A stretch of 20,000 nucleotides of DNA from Limisphaerales bacterium (GTDB lineage: Bacteria; Verrucomicrobiota; Verrucomicrobiia; Limisphaerales; SIBE01): contig JBGAIN010000025.1 in assembly GCA_044225505.1 (NCBI GenBank), positions 51,280 to 71,279 on the forward strand, read 5' to 3'. Below, piece after piece: positions 18,911 through 20,000 of this stretch (within the stretch, counting starts at the first letter, position 1; each line of letters opens with the position of its first letter). The notes beneath the pieces were generated by a model that saw only the letters and a list, made by a program, of their open reading frames with translations, did no database searches and was not told the DNA's origin. A program made the translations under genes and the position numbers.

Positions 18911-18926
18911 CGGCGTCGCTCTTGCT
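18911..18926 (+). promoter_or_regulatory. Candidate sigma-54 promoter of the PEP-CTERM gene
   Basis: CGGCGTCGCTCTTGCT has GG-N10-GC spacing with TTGCT at -12 and lies ~78 nt upstream of ATG 19004. Confidence 0.3.
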
Positions 18927-19003
18927 GCCTTGCTTTGATGTCGAGGGTTCGGGATTTGCTCGCAGACCAGGGCCGCTGTGGAGGGATCTTCAAATTTAAT
19001 CTT

Positions 19004-19630
19004 ATGCTAGTAAATCGCGCACGGCTAGCCATGGCGGCCTTCAGTTTGAGTACACTGCTTCTCCCTGTGGGGGCATACGGCGGAATTACGATTAACTTTG
19101 GTGCGGCAGATTTGCGTGTCGCCACGGTGGACGGAGGCGGTTTGATGCCTTCGGGTGGCCTGGTGATTATCGAAGCCAGTACCTTAGACGCAACTTTCGG
19201 GGTGCCTAGTTTGTCGGGATTTGTCAGTGGAGACGATATCGAGATTGCGCGCGGGACGGTGGGGCCGGATGGTCAATTCAGTCTGAGCGCTGCAGGATTG
19301 ACCTTTTCCGGAGATTGGAATCAGGGAGACCCGCTCTTAATGAGGTGGTTTCCTTCCCTAACACTGAGTTCGTCGGCTCCAGCTGGTGGGACACACTTCG
19401 GACAATTTCGCACTGATTCCGTTATCGATGGAAGCCAGATTGCATGGTTTACCCCACCCAATGGAGATACCGATGCATTGAATTTCCTGACCTTTAGTCA
19501 AGGTGGTTCCAACCCGAATGACGCGGGCTTGGCCGATTTAACCGTTGTTCCAGAACCAATGGCGTACCCGAGCATCTTCGCTCTCTGCTGTCTTGTCGGA
19601 ACTGTCGTGGTTCGTAAGTTTCGACCCTAA
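19004..19630 (+). CDS. PEP-CTERM sorting-domain protein
   Basis: Signal peptide MLVNRARLAMAAFSLSTLLLPVGAYG|G. The C-terminus is VPEP, a hydrophobic helix and a basic tail (VPEPMAYPSIFALCCLVGTVVVRKFRP). Confidence 0.9.
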   Translation: MLVNRARLAMAAFSLSTLLLPVGAYGGITINFGAADLRVATVDGGGLMPSGGLVIIEASTLDATFGVPSLSGFVSGDDIEIARGTVGPDGQFSLSAAGLTFSGDWNQGDPLLMRWFPSLTLSSSAPAGGTHFGQFRTDSVIDGSQIAWFTPPNGDTDALNFLTFSQGGSNPNDAGLADLTVVPEPMAYPSIFALCCLVGTVVVRKFRP

Positions 19631-20000
19631 GGATCGTTGTTAGCAAAGCCGGCGCGATGACGTGCGCCGCAAAATCTTCCGCGGCGCGGCTGTGGCGAGT
19701 CCGACCGGCTCCTGGCCGCAGCATCCACCCATTCACTGGAACACTTCGCATTCTACGAGGCTTTCTTGGGAAGGCAGAGCGTCTGCGGATGGTCTGACGA
19801 CATAGCCGCGGTCCCTAATCTCATACAGTTTTGATCACACCCCTCGTCCCGATCAGGTCCCTATGATTCAGACACTGGGGAGGGGGTTGAGCAAAGCCGC
19901 GGCTGGTCGGGCAGCCGAGCGGTGATCGAGGGGGAGGTTGGCCTTCGGACAAGTTTTTGCAGTGAGGGAGGTGAATTTGCTTGAATAGCTGTATGCGTAC

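Noticed and set aside
18425..19003. Longer N-termini for the TIGR02597-like (from 18622) and PEP-CTERM (from 18866) ORFs, and ORF 18309..18755
   Set aside because: Signal peptides begin at the downstream ATGs, and the extensions are not protein-like.
19631..20000. ncRNA or terminator in the 3' intergenic region (GCGCCGC/GCGGCGC stem near 19664-19688, G-rich runs)
   Set aside because: Short GC stems with no U-tract and no RNA family I can recognise; compatible with chance.

Overview
A GC-rich bacterial window that I infer to be Verrucomicrobiota, from a TIGR02597-like gene, a PEP-CTERM gene, an ECF sigma/Ser-Thr kinase pair and characteristic palindromic repeats. It contains one 44-N scaffold gap. 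Gene order: ABC-F ATPase (-); ECF sigma factor (+); membrane Ser/Thr kinase with TPR-like C-terminus (+); two tandem paralogous secreted 12-repeat NHL proteins (+), the second spanning the gap; a MITE/REP-rich spacer; a ~1700-aa FG-GAP/FN3 surface protein gene interrupted by a +1 frameshift and an in-frame TAG (+); a TIGR02597-like secreted protein (-); and a divergent PEP-CTERM protein (+). The most interesting signals are three. (i) A 28-nt bipartite motif, GTRACC-N16-GCART, occurs before both the kinase and the NHL pair and is a candidate promoter for a kinase-activated ECF regulon. (ii) A shared ~70-aa C-terminal domain on otherwise unrelated secreted proteins is a candidate export or anchoring signal. 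(iii) Identical DNA blocks bracket the propeller regions of the two NHL paralogs. All family assignments come from motif recognition by eye; no searches were run.
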